From IMG/VR virus record IMGVR_UViG_3300046314_000711: a DNA stretch of 64,000 bases. One strand, written 5' to 3'. The stretch is from a virus. Made by a program: the position numbers and the translations under genes. This document shows positions 10,908-21,422 of this stretch, one piece after another. The notes beneath the pieces are model-generated. The model saw nothing but the letters and a program-made list of their open reading frames with translations, was not told the origin of the DNA and did no database searches. Positions within the stretch are counted from its first letter, which is position 1. Every line of letters starts with the position of its first letter.

Positions 10908-11450
10908 ATGACCACATCTACTGAAATCGCCGCTGCATATAAAAAATACGTAGCTAAACAAAAGCAAGGTCGCCAACGTGGTTGGGCTTCGGAAAAACAG
11001 TTCACTACTGATTATGACAAATATTACAAAGCTGACTACGGTCCAACTGGCAAACGAGTTACGAACGAGTCTACACTGAGTGTTGCCGATCGCACTCGCA
11101 TGCTTGAACTCGCTGGCATGTCCCATTTAGTATTGACTGAAGCGAAACGGACCACCGTAAAAGAGGATGCAGCTCAATCACTGGAGCAGCAATATGGCGC
11201 TCTCGGCCAAGCGGTGGCAGATGTGCTTGAAATACACAAATCAACGGCTACTGATCCAGATGTTGCTGGCGAGATGAGTGAGATTGGTGGGTTTGATCCG
11301 CGAGCTATGGAAGGTATGATTAAAGACCATATCAACGATGCGCTACTGGATATTTTCGGCAGTCCAGAATATCGTCAACTATGTGCAGAACTATCTGGTC
11401 AAAATGCACAGGTTGCAGCAGAACCTGATCAACAAACTCTCGACGTTTAA
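10908..11450 (+). CDS. late hypothetical protein, probable internal head protein
   Basis: TATAAATA at 10874; RMLELAG and LTE motifs. Confidence 0.6.
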   Translation: MTTSTEIAAAYKKYVAKQKQGRQRGWASEKQFTTDYDKYYKADYGPTGKRVTNESTLSVADRTRMLELAGMSHLVLTEAKRTTVKEDAAQSLEQQYGALGQAVADVLEIHKSTATDPDVAGEMSEIGGFDPRAMEGMIKDHINDALLDIFGSPEYRQLCAELSGQNAQVAAEPDQQTLDV

Positions 11451-11509
11451 CACATTTTTACTTTCATACATAATAAGAGGACCTCAGTGTCCTCTTTTTC
11501 ATTTTCCAA

Positions 11510-13417
11510 ATGTACATATCTGCAAGCAAACAGTTCGATAAAGTTATTGTGTGGGAGCAACGTACCAATCGCGGTGATCTCAACATCAAAACCTACAATG
11601 CACCTAATGAGTGCTACGTCCGTGTGCTCGATTGGAAATTATGCCGCACCAAATTAAAAGAAGCTGTAGATAGTGGTGATATGGATGAGATAACTGTTCT
11701 CAAGCAGTTTCTCGGCGCAGGTGCTCCTGCAATTGACACGACAGAAACATACCTGTCAATGTACAATGAGCCGCTATACAAGCTCAAATTCTCAAAATCA
11801 AAAGAGTTCCGTAACTTTACTGGCAGTGTCCCACTATTCGTCCGTCTGTATGAGAGTGATATTCCTGCAGAATTGAAAGTCCTATCCAATAATTACTACC
11901 AAGCAGAACTTCCGGTCCTAAATGTTACATTCTACGATATTGAGGTTGAGGCTATCACTCGCTCTCGCAATCCAGACCAGTTAATATCTGTCCGCAGTTT
12001 GTACGATGGTGCAATTACCGATATGCCACTGCGTCTCCTGCGAAAAATCGATTCCCAAGACCACCATGAGTACGAGTACAAGGAGAAACCAACTCAACCA
12101 TTTCGTCCACTGACTAATTCGCCACTGTTGTACGATGAGTTTGACCATTATAGTTCGACGAATGAAGCAGAAGCTCCAATCAACTCTATTGCATTTTATC
12201 ACGCGTGGGAAGATCGTTATGTCTGTTACTGCGTCCCGCCAAAGACCTGGCAGTTTGAAGATTGTGAAAAGAACTTCAACTGGTCTCTATTTGAAGACGT
12301 TCATAGTGAGTACAAAATCGTATTCTGCCGTAATGAAGCTGAACTACTCGCGTACTCCGTCGAGGAGATTCAAAATACTGACGTACTATCAGGTTATAAC
12401 TCGTCTATGTTTGATGACCCATACTTTGCACAACGTGTTCAAATCGTGCTGGGTGAAGAGTGGTTCCAGATGCTGTCGTTTCCAAAAGGTAAGAAGCCGT
12501 ATTACACTGAGCGTGAAATATTCTTCCGTATGCAAAAGCAGGTTCAGTTCGATGGTCGTATCACAATTGACTACTTGGAACTGTTTAAAAAGTTCACCGT
12601 TGAAGATCGTGATAGTTGGAACCTAGAGTCTGTTGCGCAAGACCACCTCGGGGACAAGTTCAAAAAGCTGGACTACGAAGGTACTCTGCATAGTTTGTAT
12701 CACGAGAACTTTTGTAAGTTCATTCGTTACAATTGCAGAGATACGGAGATTTTGTGCGAGCTCGATAAAAAGTACAAGTTTATTGAACTTGGTAATTGGA
12801 TGATGCACTACAGTACTTGCCAAATGAAGCATGTCATGGGTACCGTACGAAAAGCGGAGATGGCTGTAGCTAACTTTTGTTGGCACGAATTGAATGTACG
12901 AGTTCCGGATACTGTGGTACTAGACGAGCAAGGACAAGCTCAGGGAGCGTACGTATTAGTTCCACAAAAAGGTATACATAAAGACCTATTTCTGATTGAC
13001 GTAACAGGATTGTATCCATCTTGCATGAAGGCGATAAACATTTCGCCGGAAAAATACATTGGGCAGTTTATTAATGATAATCGAGATCGGGTAGAGATCA
13101 TTGCTAATACAGATAGTTATTTAACAATCACACTCGCCTCAGGTGAAAAAATTACTAAAATGGCAAAAGATTGGAACACTTGGCTAAGGATGCATAAATA
13201 TGCTATATCCGGATACGGTACGGTCTACAACCAAGATGCACCTGGAATTGTTCCAACTATTTTGGAAACGTGGTTTACACAGCGCAAATCTGCACAAGCT
13301 CGTTCAAAAATTGCGAAGAAGGAACTTGAGGAATTACTAAATGCAGCAAAATTACGAAAAAATAAAACAACAAAGACAACTGTCGGCACACAACAGAGCT
13401 ACAAGAACGCTAGCTGA
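11510..13417 (+). CDS. family B DNA polymerase, N-terminal part (exonuclease + motif A)
   Basis: ExoI FYDIEVE, ExoII GYNSSMFDDPY, ExoIII YNCRD, motif A DVTGLYPS; ends in the fingers after WFTQRK. Confidence 0.93.
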   Translation: MYISASKQFDKVIVWEQRTNRGDLNIKTYNAPNECYVRVLDWKLCRTKLKEAVDSGDMDEITVLKQFLGAGAPAIDTTETYLSMYNEPLYKLKFSKSKEFRNFTGSVPLFVRLYESDIPAELKVLSNNYYQAELPVLNVTFYDIEVEAITRSRNPDQLISVRSLYDGAITDMPLRLLRKIDSQDHHEYEYKEKPTQPFRPLTNSPLLYDEFDHYSSTNEAEAPINSIAFYHAWEDRYVCYCVPPKTWQFEDCEKNFNWSLFEDVHSEYKIVFCRNEAELLAYSVEEIQNTDVLSGYNSSMFDDPYFAQRVQIVLGEEWFQMLSFPKGKKPYYTEREIFFRMQKQVQFDGRITIDYLELFKKFTVEDRDSWNLESVAQDHLGDKFKKLDYEGTLHSLYHENFCKFIRYNCRDTEILCELDKKYKFIELGNWMMHYSTCQMKHVMGTVRKAEMAVANFCWHELNVRVPDTVVLDEQGQAQGAYVLVPQKGIHKDLFLIDVTGLYPSCMKAINISPEKYIGQFINDNRDRVEIIANTDSYLTITLASGEKITKMAKDWNTWLRMHKYAISGYGTVYNQDAPGIVPTILETWFTQRKSAQARSKIAKKELEELLNAAKLRKNKTTKTTVGTQQSYKNAS

Positions 13418-14669
13418 CTATATTGAATTAATAAGAACTAATCAGCGAGTTAACACTACAACGTTGCGAGAAGATATAAGAAATCAAATCGATGTGTTAG
13501 TATCGCCTGTATTTGCTACATATCCGTATCGTGAAAAATTACTTGCGATTGTTGAAAACCGTACTACGCTACCAACTTGTAAAACTTGTGGGAAAATAAC
13601 TACATTTACCAAAGCAGGTTCAGCCAGTGGGCAGATCAATAGGTTTAATGAGTTTTGCAACACTGCTTGTCGCAATAAATATTGTCCCACTGAAGTAGTG
13701 CTATCGGTAAATGAAATTAGGGAAGAAATAAAAGATTGGTCTCCACAACAACTCCGCACTTTACCACTTCGCAATCCACAGTTGTATGGGGCGCTTGTAG
13801 CTGCGACTAATTGTTGTGTGCCAACTAACAAAAGCAATGATAAACTTGGGGTGACGATACTGCAGCGCGTATGGCACGTTATGCACCCTGATGTAGAGCT
13901 GCCATCGTGCGTGGAGTGTGGTAAACCAACAAAGTGGGATCCAAGAACTACACAATACTGTACATACTGTGGTCCAAGTTGCTCCAGTTCGTCGTGGATA
14001 CAAAGTGAGAAAAAATCAAAAACTATGACAAAAGCAATGCGAGATTGTCTGTCTAATAAAGATTGGTTTTACGATCAGCACATCACACAACAAAAATCGT
14101 TCCAACAAATGCGCGCAGAGAATAATATTGCAGTTGCGTATACAATGTCATATTGGGCAAAAAAACACGGTATACAGAACCAACGATATGCGTTGAGTTC
14201 ACAGCAGCGAATATTGGTAGAGTGGTTAGAGCAGCAAGGAGTAGAAGTGCTTGTTAATAATAGGCAAGTAATTAAACCGCGGGAGTTGGACATAGTTCTA
14301 CCCACATATAACATTGCAATTGAGTATGGTAGTTACTACTTTCACAGTGTAGGAGATTTACCACATTTAAGACGAATGACACCTACCTACCATTTAAATA
14401 AGTGGAAAAGTTGTGCAAATAACGGATTCACATTGTTGACACTATTTGACGCAACAGATACACTTGATCAGTGTAAAAAGCAAATTATGATTGCTATTAA
14501 TAAAGAAAATGTTGATACGAACAAGGGGAATTTGCGATACTACCATAGTTCACACTCAACTGTTGCGAAAATACTTCCGCCTAAAATAATACAAACGCGA
14601 GATATTGCTGTAGTGGGTAGAGATGATAGGGTTGTGTTAGAATTATACGATTGTGGGACAGCAATATGA
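13341..14669 (+). mobile_element. homing endonuclease-like ORF (Zn-finger repeats + Vsr/EDxHD-like nuclease) splitting the polymerase
   Basis: Two CxxCGK...F/YC..xC modules; ELDIVLPTYNIAIEYGSYYFH. Confidence 0.8.
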
Positions 14670-15838
14670 CGCATATAGTGAAGGGAGTGGAGTTGACAGA
14701 TGTTGAATATGACAGATATACTGCACTTACAGCAGAGATTGATTATTGTGAATCACAATCATATGCATTTAAAATTTTGCAAAACTCGTTTTACGGAGCT
14801 CAATTAAACCAAAATTTTAAATTCTATGCAAAGGTTGCTGGAGAGAGTACAACTGGTACGGGGAGACACGTATTGCAACATCAAATTCGCAAGTGTTGTG
14901 AAGTATTGGATGGTGACTATAACATTGACCCAATTGTCGATGATGAAGATCCGCGAGCTATCCGCGGGGAAGCGGCAAGCCCATCAATTATTTATGGAGA
15001 TACGGATAGTTCCATACTTACGTTAAAGCATGTTTTAACTGGACGTGAGACGTTGCAAGAAAAAATAAAAATTGCAGACAACATAGCACTGCTTGTTAAT
15101 AAAAGTTTTCCGAAATTTATGATGGAGCAATTTCTGCTACAGCCTGAGTTCTCGGATAAGATCAAAACTGGTAGAGAGTTGTTTGCGTCTGCTGCATTCT
15201 TCGTATCGAAAAAACGATACGCAATGCACGTAGTTGATAAGGAGGGAATTCCCAAAGATGATTTGAAGTTAATGGGTCTTGATGCAAAGAAGACTACTAC
15301 CCCTCGTCCAATCAAAGCTTTTTTAAAGAAGTGTGTAATGGATGTACTCAAAGGTGTACCAGCCAAAGAGCTTGATGAATACATTGTAGCATACCGCGAT
15401 AAGATCATTGATGATGTGCCACTAATGGAGATCGGTCTTCCAAAGGGGATTAAGAAGATTGAATTATACACTGAAGAATTTCGCAATAACCCACGCACCC
15501 GCATTCCTGGACATACTTCAGCAGCATTGCTGTACAATGAGTTTAGAGAACGCTACAAGGATAATCAATCGTTGCAAATCAGCAGTGGTATGAAGATTAA
15601 AGTGTTCAATTTTAAGTATGAGTTTGAGCACGACGGACGAATGTTCAAGTCAATTGCACTCCCAACTGATACGGAAGAGATTCCACAATGGTTTGCTGAT
15701 GACTTTGTACCACTAATTGATCGTATCACCCACTCGAAGAAACTTGTAGATAATATGCTGCACAATATGTTTGATTCGATCCCACGGCACGTACCAACTA
15801 GGCACATGCAAGCGATTGAAGAAGAATTTGAATTTTAA
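14666..15838 (+). CDS. family B DNA polymerase, C-terminal part (motifs B, C, thumb)
   Basis: KILQNSFYG, YGDTDS, KKRYA; ATG overlaps endonuclease stop (ATGA). Confidence 0.93.
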   Translation: MTHIVKGVELTDVEYDRYTALTAEIDYCESQSYAFKILQNSFYGAQLNQNFKFYAKVAGESTTGTGRHVLQHQIRKCCEVLDGDYNIDPIVDDEDPRAIRGEAASPSIIYGDTDSSILTLKHVLTGRETLQEKIKIADNIALLVNKSFPKFMMEQFLLQPEFSDKIKTGRELFASAAFFVSKKRYAMHVVDKEGIPKDDLKLMGLDAKKTTTPRPIKAFLKKCVMDVLKGVPAKELDEYIVAYRDKIIDDVPLMEIGLPKGIKKIELYTEEFRNNPRTRIPGHTSAALLYNEFRERYKDNQSLQISSGMKIKVFNFKYEFEHDGRMFKSIALPTDTEEIPQWFADDFVPLIDRITHSKKLVDNMLHNMFDSIPRHVPTRHMQAIEEEFEF

Positions 15839-15854
15839 CCAAAAGGACTGTACT

Positions 15855-16085
15855 ATGAATATTAACCCCAGCCAGATTAACCTAAATGACGTGACCACGC
15901 CCATTCCAACCGTACACAGCGCTGACGTATCGCAGACTGATGTCGATGTGACCAAGATCGACCGAGCTACACTCAAGCAACTTCGTAAGAATGTTGAAAA
16001 ATTGAAGATGATGAAAAACATCGATGCCATGAAGACAGTTTCCCACTTTGATATTCGCTCGTTTTTCCCAGTTAGTAAAAAATAA
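15855..16085 (+). CDS. hypothetical protein
   Basis: AAGGA RBS before ATG 15855. Confidence 0.55.
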   Translation: MNINPSQINLNDVTTPIPTVHSADVSQTDVDVTKIDRATLKQLRKNVEKLKMMKNIDAMKTVSHFDIRSFFPVSKK

Positions 16086-16118
16086 CATAAATATGCGAAA
16101 CTACTGGCTTTGCATCCC

Positions 16119-16541
16119 ATGGACCCTTGGTCACTCTTACTAAAACCTACTAACCTGATAATCGCAATCCTCGTGATGGTGTCAGCGATTTCAGGCGGTG
16201 CTGCGTACTATTTGTATAACAAAAATATTGGACTCCACGAGCTGTTGGCAATTCAGAAGCGAGACAATGAGTTGTTTGTCTCTATTCACAATCAACAAAT
16301 CACTCACCTGGCTACTGTTATCGAGAAGCAAAATACTGCTGTCGATAGCATTCGTCGTGCTGGTGATCAACAAGTTGTTGTGATGAGTAAGGTGCAGAAC
16401 AATGTCAATGACATGCGAGTAGCTGCTGATCAACATCTTGCAGAGCTTCGCAAGCAGCCTGTTGCTAACTTAACTTGTGAGCAGTCTATTCAGTCGTTGA
16501 TAGATTATGCTACACTACTAAACAAAGGAGTTGCGAAATGA
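16119..16541 (+). CDS. i-spanin (Rz-like)
   Basis: N-terminal TM helix, coiled coil, C-terminal Cys; overlaps downstream lipoprotein gene; TAAATA upstream. Confidence 0.75.
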   Translation: MDPWSLLLKPTNLIIAILVMVSAISGGAAYYLYNKNIGLHELLAIQKRDNELFVSIHNQQITHLATVIEKQNTAVDSIRRAGDQQVVVMSKVQNNVNDMRVAADQHLAELRKQPVANLTCEQSIQSLIDYATLLNKGVAK

Positions 16542-16834
16542 AGTATGTGCTATTAGTGTCCGTGTTTGTATTAGCAGCTTGTTCTTCACCAGCCCCGTTG
16601 GTTAAAATCGAAACAGTTGAGGTGAAAGTTCCAGTGGTACAGCCGTACCCACCAATCGCTTCAATCTCTCGCCCTACTCTTGAACTATCGAAACTTACTG
16701 ATGCTACATCACCTGGTGTTGTTGCACAATCGTATAAAATCGCTGTTCAGCAACTGCTCGAGTATGCTCAGCAGCTTGAAACACTAATCAAAGGAGTTAA
16801 TGATGCGCGTCAAGCAAGTCTTGCAACACCTTGA
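16538..16834 (+). CDS. o-spanin (Rz1-like lipoprotein)
   Basis: Signal II with lipobox LAAC; VEVKVPV and Pro-rich segment. Confidence 0.8.
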   Translation: MKYVLLVSVFVLAACSSPAPLVKIETVEVKVPVVQPYPPIASISRPTLELSKLTDATSPGVVAQSYKIAVQQLLEYAQQLETLIKGVNDARQASLATP

Positions 16835-17120
16835 TGAAGGTTTCTTCGAACTCGCTGCTGGCTTTGTAACCGGATTGATGATGCCAACCACCTCTTTTGG
16901 TAGCGCTCTTGCATTAATCGTCACAGCAGCCAACTATGCAAACCTGGTGAAACTTGCTCCAGCTCATCGTAATAAAGTTGTACTCACAGCTACTACGCAA
17001 GCCGAACTCACCGCTCAACAGAAAAACGTCAAGCACTTGATCGATAAAATGTCGTACAAGCTCGATAAAATGGAGACTGTGGGTACCTATGGTCGCAAGT
17101 GGACACTCTCCGCTAAATAG
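16800..17120 (+). CDS. hypothetical protein
   Basis: 106 aa ORF with GGAG RBS; N-terminus ends in LDE. Confidence 0.55.
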   Translation: MMRVKQVLQHLDEGFFELAAGFVTGLMMPTTSFGSALALIVTAANYANLVKLAPAHRNKVVLTATTQAELTAQQKNVKHLIDKMSYKLDKMETVGTYGRKWTLSAK

Positions 17121-17143
17121 ATATTACTGAAATAGGATTGAAT

Positions 17144-18958
17144 ATGGAAAAACTCAACGCATACATTGTTATGACCAACGGCGCGATTAACATTGTTACT
17201 ACTGACCCTAACGTAGCTGATCAAGCTAAAATGAAGAGCCCTGGTTCTATCGTTAAACGCTTTCCACTAACATCAAAAATGGCTGGCAGCACAGGTCTGG
17301 TTGGTGAGGCGCTTGATGGTGATTTCGAAATGGGTGCAGATGACACCGGTTCGATTGATCGCGATGATGTTGAGTTTGCAACTGATGACCAGCCACAGGA
17401 CGGTGCGTCTATGGATGATGTCGAAGGCGATGATGACACTACTGATGTCATCTGTATGAATACTGAACTTGCTGTTCGTGTGTTTGAATATATTGCTCAA
17501 AATCAAATTGACAGTGACGAGTTGCAGACACTTGCTGATAAAATGGCAGACCTTGGCAACCAATCAGATGACGTATTGACTAGTGAGCACTTTGATGAGA
17601 TCACAGGTGGTGAACAAGACCGAGGTGATGAATTTGATGATAGTGAATTTGGTGATGATGCAGATTCAATGGAAGATGGAATGTCTGACCTATCGGATGA
17701 ACAGGGTAATGATGATATCGCTGCTGATTTAGAGCTCGGTGAAGCGGATGAGTTGATTTCTCGCACCGGCCGCTCGATGGTTAATAGACACCCACGTGCG
17801 GGACAAACAGACTTACGTAATATCCCAGCGGGCAATCGTCCAGACAGTAACCGCCGCTTCTCTGATGAAGACCGTGCCCGCTATCCAGGTGATGTGAAAG
17901 CCTCGATCCGTCGTTCCCTAGGTACTCACACTCGCCCCAATTTGCCAGAAGATGCGTATGACACCATGGATCCACATGGTCGTGGTAGCATAGTTGATGA
18001 TTCTGATGAATTGGAACAAGATTTTGATACTGTGGAATCTCACGTTAGTGATGCGGATGAGCAGCTCATTGCTCAGTTTATTGCTGGACAAATTGGTCGT
18101 GAAGAACTAATTGATGGGCTATCACAAGGTTCGCAAGATGACTATGCGCCTCACTCTGACATTGACCCATACGGTGATGACGTGTCTGGCGCATTTGACG
18201 ATGAGGTTAGCTTTGATGACGATGAGGATCTGGAAGAGGATATGCAACAACCACAAGGTACACAACCGACTCAAGGCACTCAACAACAGCAAGCTCCTAC
18301 GCAGAACCCAGCTCAGTTTGATAGTGCTTATATAAATGGTTACAATACTGCAAAGCGAGGTGGTCAGGCTCAGCAGCAAAACATCAACACCCCACAAGGT
18401 TCTGCATACAATCGTGGATTTATGGATGCGAAGGCAAATAAACCTTCTGTCCCACCAAGCAAACAACAGAACGAATCAGCGGTTGACTCTGATGAATGGT
18501 ACGATAATCGTGGTAATGTAAATCCAACTGGTAATTACGATGCAGGTGGTCACTATCATGTCAGAGAAGGTTACAACGATGGCCGTGAGTACGGTGGCGC
18601 AGGTAAAGGTAGATCAGCTGATGCTACTGAAACAGCAAGGATCACCGCAAAAGCAAAAGCAGCAGCTAAAAAGGCTGGCAAAACTTTCGATACAAGCGCT
18701 CAATATAGATCGTGGTACTCTAAGCAGAAAAAAAGCGCTACAAGCGGATCAGTGTGTGAAGGTGTAGAAACATTTGGTGCATTCTTGGCTGCAATGGAAA
18801 AGAAAGTTGACCGCACTGTTGCTCCGACTATTGCAACTTTATTCAAAGCAAAAAAGCAAAAAGCAGCAGATGCTGAAAAACATTTCAGTATCGAGCAAGA
18901 TGCAAAAACATCTGCTGTGAAAGTTACCAACACTTCAACAGTGGTACCAAAGCGTTAA
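17144..18958 (+). CDS. very acidic low-complexity late protein, probable prohead core/internal protein
   Basis: TAAATA at 17114; D/E-rich blocks separated by xxE motifs. Confidence 0.65.
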   Translation: MEKLNAYIVMTNGAINIVTTDPNVADQAKMKSPGSIVKRFPLTSKMAGSTGLVGEALDGDFEMGADDTGSIDRDDVEFATDDQPQDGASMDDVEGDDDTTDVICMNTELAVRVFEYIAQNQIDSDELQTLADKMADLGNQSDDVLTSEHFDEITGGEQDRGDEFDDSEFGDDADSMEDGMSDLSDEQGNDDIAADLELGEADELISRTGRSMVNRHPRAGQTDLRNIPAGNRPDSNRRFSDEDRARYPGDVKASIRRSLGTHTRPNLPEDAYDTMDPHGRGSIVDDSDELEQDFDTVESHVSDADEQLIAQFIAGQIGREELIDGLSQGSQDDYAPHSDIDPYGDDVSGAFDDEVSFDDDEDLEEDMQQPQGTQPTQGTQQQQAPTQNPAQFDSAYINGYNTAKRGGQAQQQNINTPQGSAYNRGFMDAKANKPSVPPSKQQNESAVDSDEWYDNRGNVNPTGNYDAGGHYHVREGYNDGREYGGAGKGRSADATETARITAKAKAAAKKAGKTFDTSAQYRSWYSKQKKSATSGSVCEGVETFGAFLAAMEKKVDRTVAPTIATLFKAKKQKAADAEKHFSIEQDAKTSAVKVTNTSTVVPKR

Positions 18959-18961
18959 TAT

Positions 18962-19273
18962 ATGATGCTATCGAATGAGCAACAAGTGCTGGTTGCTCAG
19001 CTTGTAAAAAAGCAGCAGCAACCAGCAGAGTGTTTTGGGCTAATTAGCTCGAATGCAAAAACTCGATCGTTTGGACAATTGTTTGAGAAGCACAATTTGG
19101 TGAAATTACGTGATGATACTGTCGACTTGTTGCCAGCATTCTTCGTTGAGGCTTATCGCAATGGTGTGACTGATGATAGTGGAAACCTCACTGACTATGG
19201 TGAGGAGCTATCTAACAGTGTTGTTGAAGAAACTTATCGATTCTTTAGAGCGATGTTACTCGCCTCTTCTTGA
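18962..19273 (+). CDS. hypothetical protein
   Basis: 103 aa ORF directly after previous gene. Confidence 0.6.
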   Translation: MMLSNEQQVLVAQLVKKQQQPAECFGLISSNAKTRSFGQLFEKHNLVKLRDDTVDLLPAFFVEAYRNGVTDDSGNLTDYGEELSNSVVEETYRFFRAMLLASS

Positions 19274-19583
19274 TAATAACCGATTGTTTTGGAACTGTCA
19301 TTCCAATCACTTCAACTTGTGAGGATGGGAGTGACTTGTACATGGAATACACCATCTGGTGAGATTTCATATCTTCAATTTGGATGTTTACATATACACT
19401 GAAATATGAAGTCCTAGCTGTCTTACAGTATGCGTCCCACATCATCTGCATCTCTACTACAATCGGTGATCCAATATCAACCAAGAACCCTTTTGTTAGA
19501 TCATCAACAGTGACGTCTGGAAAAAACCAAAACGTCTTACCGTTGCGGACAATCATTTGACATTTTGCTATATTAACCGTCAT
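19245..19583 (-). CDS. hypothetical protein
   Basis: ORF fills the gap; probable ATG at 19583. Confidence 0.5.
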   Translation of the reverse strand: MTVNIAKCQMIVRNGKTFWFFPDVTVDDLTKGFLVDIGSPIVVEMQMMWDAYCKTARTSYFSVYVNIQIEDMKSHQMVYSMYKSLPSSQVEVIGMTVPKQSVIIKKRRVTSL

Positions 19584-19660
19584 ATTTCCCAGCACCAAGG
19601 TTTGTGTACCCTCATACTTATGACACAAGCGATAAATATAAAAAAGTTAACATATTTCCA

Positions 19661-20095
19661 ATGAAACTCAGCGCCATTTTTGAAGCAGGATTCGTCAACT
19701 ACACTCGCGACACCGACGATCAAACCGTAGCTGCTGACCAACAACTTGGTGACGAGTTTGCTGACCATCGGCCGTCAGATAGAGACCCTGAGTTTGGCGA
19801 CGAAGAGCAGGAACAGGGTGACCCAGACCGTCAAGGGGACATTCGCACTGTGCCAGAAGCACATCTCGTGTACAAGCGTAAAAATGAAAACAATCTGTAT
19901 GATGAGTTGTGGATCTTCAAACTCAACCAGCACGATACTTGGACAATGAAAACATATGATGCAATCTTAGCTGGTACAGACATTCCTAAAGGATCGACTT
20001 CATCAGGTGACGGTTCTCAAACAGTGGAGCGTTGGGAAGTTGGCGACCCCAAGAATACATTAGTGTTTGTCAACATTAAAGGTTTGACGAGCTAA
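19661..20095 (+). CDS. late virion-associated hypothetical protein
   Basis: TAAATA at 19633; MKLSAIFE leader; DPDRQGDIRTV..AHLVYKR. Confidence 0.65.
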   Translation: MKLSAIFEAGFVNYTRDTDDQTVAADQQLGDEFADHRPSDRDPEFGDEEQEQGDPDRQGDIRTVPEAHLVYKRKNENNLYDELWIFKLNQHDTWTMKTYDAILAGTDIPKGSTSSGDGSQTVERWEVGDPKNTLVFVNIKGLTS

Positions 20096-20097
20096 TT

Positions 20098-20319
20098 ATG
20101 TTTTGCTCTGGTGACCAATTTCAGTTAAACTTTCACCTACTTCGTGGTTTAGCAGCTCTTGGTGATAAATTATCTATAGTGAAGCAAGCCCAAAAACAAC
20201 AACTCGCTCGACTCATATTGGCTGATCTGATCGATCCTCGCAATACAGCAATTGACAACATTTCAAAAATTAGATATGTTGCAGAAATCAAGATGTACTG
20301 TCCTGATCTGTTTAATTAA
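20098..20319 (+). CDS. hypothetical protein
   Basis: 73 aa ORF in operon. Confidence 0.5.
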   Translation: MFCSGDQFQLNFHLLRGLAALGDKLSIVKQAQKQQLARLILADLIDPRNTAIDNISKIRYVAEIKMYCPDLFN

Positions 20320-20336
20320 TCTTACAACTGGGAAAT

Positions 20337-20570
20337 ATGCAAACTCGTCGTATCGCGCTCGTAGCGCCTAGTCTCGTCATCACTACATTTGAACTTGCTG
20401 ATATTGATGTTGATATTTACATCCAACACACCAAATCAATGAAGCCGGTAAACTGTGTATTTGTTGACAACATAATAGTGTATCCTGGAATGTTTGATTC
20501 AGAGGCTATTGCCAAAGCTAAAAAGAAGCTGAAAAAACTATACGAAAAGGAACTCACTACCAATGTCTAA
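20337..20570 (+). CDS. hypothetical protein
   Basis: 77 aa ORF in operon. Confidence 0.5.
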   Translation: MQTRRIALVAPSLVITTFELADIDVDIYIQHTKSMKPVNCVFVDNIIVYPGMFDSEAIAKAKKKLKKLYEKELTTNV

Positions 20571-21381
20571 ATTCACATCAACCCCCAGTTTTTGTTATAT
20601 CGCTCCTACAAAATACTTGGATTTCACAAAAGCATCGAACACACATCTTGTACTTGCTCATCTAATCATAGGTCAACATCGAGACCAAGCCTACGTCGAC
20701 TTTTATAAGGCACGATCTGCTGCAGGGGACCTCGTGTTATGTGACAATTCAGCGTTCGAGTTTTCTGGAAGTGTAGACCCATCCACATTAATTGACGCAG
20801 CACTATCGGTTGGAGCAAAATCACTCGTACTACCTGATTATCCTAACCAACCCGCGCAAAAAACAATCAATGCTGCAGTTGAGTGGATTCCTAAATTTAA
20901 GGAGGCTGGATTAGCACCGTTTTTTGTTCCGCAGAGTAAAATTGGTGATTTGGATGACTGGCTCGCAGCCTACGAGTGGGCTGCAAATAATCCTGATATT
21001 GAAATCATCGGACAAAGTATCTTAGGAATGCCAAACGCGATTCCACACATTCCGAAATCGTATGCTCGTGTTGTACTGACGCAAATGCTGATAGATCGAG
21101 GGTTGTTTAATTTCAATAAGCATCATCACTACCTTGGGTTGCAAAACGTGTCTTTGGAAGTTCCTCCGTTGATTGCAATGAAGGCGTTGGATACTTGCGA
21201 CTCAAGTAATCCAATTTGGGCAGGGATCAATGGATTTAGATATGATATTGTGTCTGACAGTTATCTACCAATTGCGAAGCAGTATCTGAGAGATGTTGAA
21301 TTCGATGAACCTATTCACCCTCGTGTAACAAATATCATCAATTATAATGTTGAAGTGGTGTCCAACATGTTTAAACTGTAA
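20563..21381 (+). CDS. TIM-barrel protein resembling TGT/DpdA transglycosylases
   Basis: CDNSAFE, VLPD, HHYLG, DTCDSS resemble DSGAF/HxLG/SxDS motifs. Confidence 0.5.
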   Translation: MSKFTSTPSFCYIAPTKYLDFTKASNTHLVLAHLIIGQHRDQAYVDFYKARSAAGDLVLCDNSAFEFSGSVDPSTLIDAALSVGAKSLVLPDYPNQPAQKTINAAVEWIPKFKEAGLAPFFVPQSKIGDLDDWLAAYEWAANNPDIEIIGQSILGMPNAIPHIPKSYARVVLTQMLIDRGLFNFNKHHHYLGLQNVSLEVPPLIAMKALDTCDSSNPIWAGINGFRYDIVSDSYLPIAKQYLRDVEFDEPIHPRVTNIINYNVEVVSNMFKL

Positions 21382-21422
21382 ACAGTATATTAAACGCATC
21401 TAATCAAAATAGGAATATAACT

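Noticed and set aside
13341-14669. Group I intron or intein in the polymerase
   Set aside because: No non-coding flanks, different reading frame, no C...HN splice motifs
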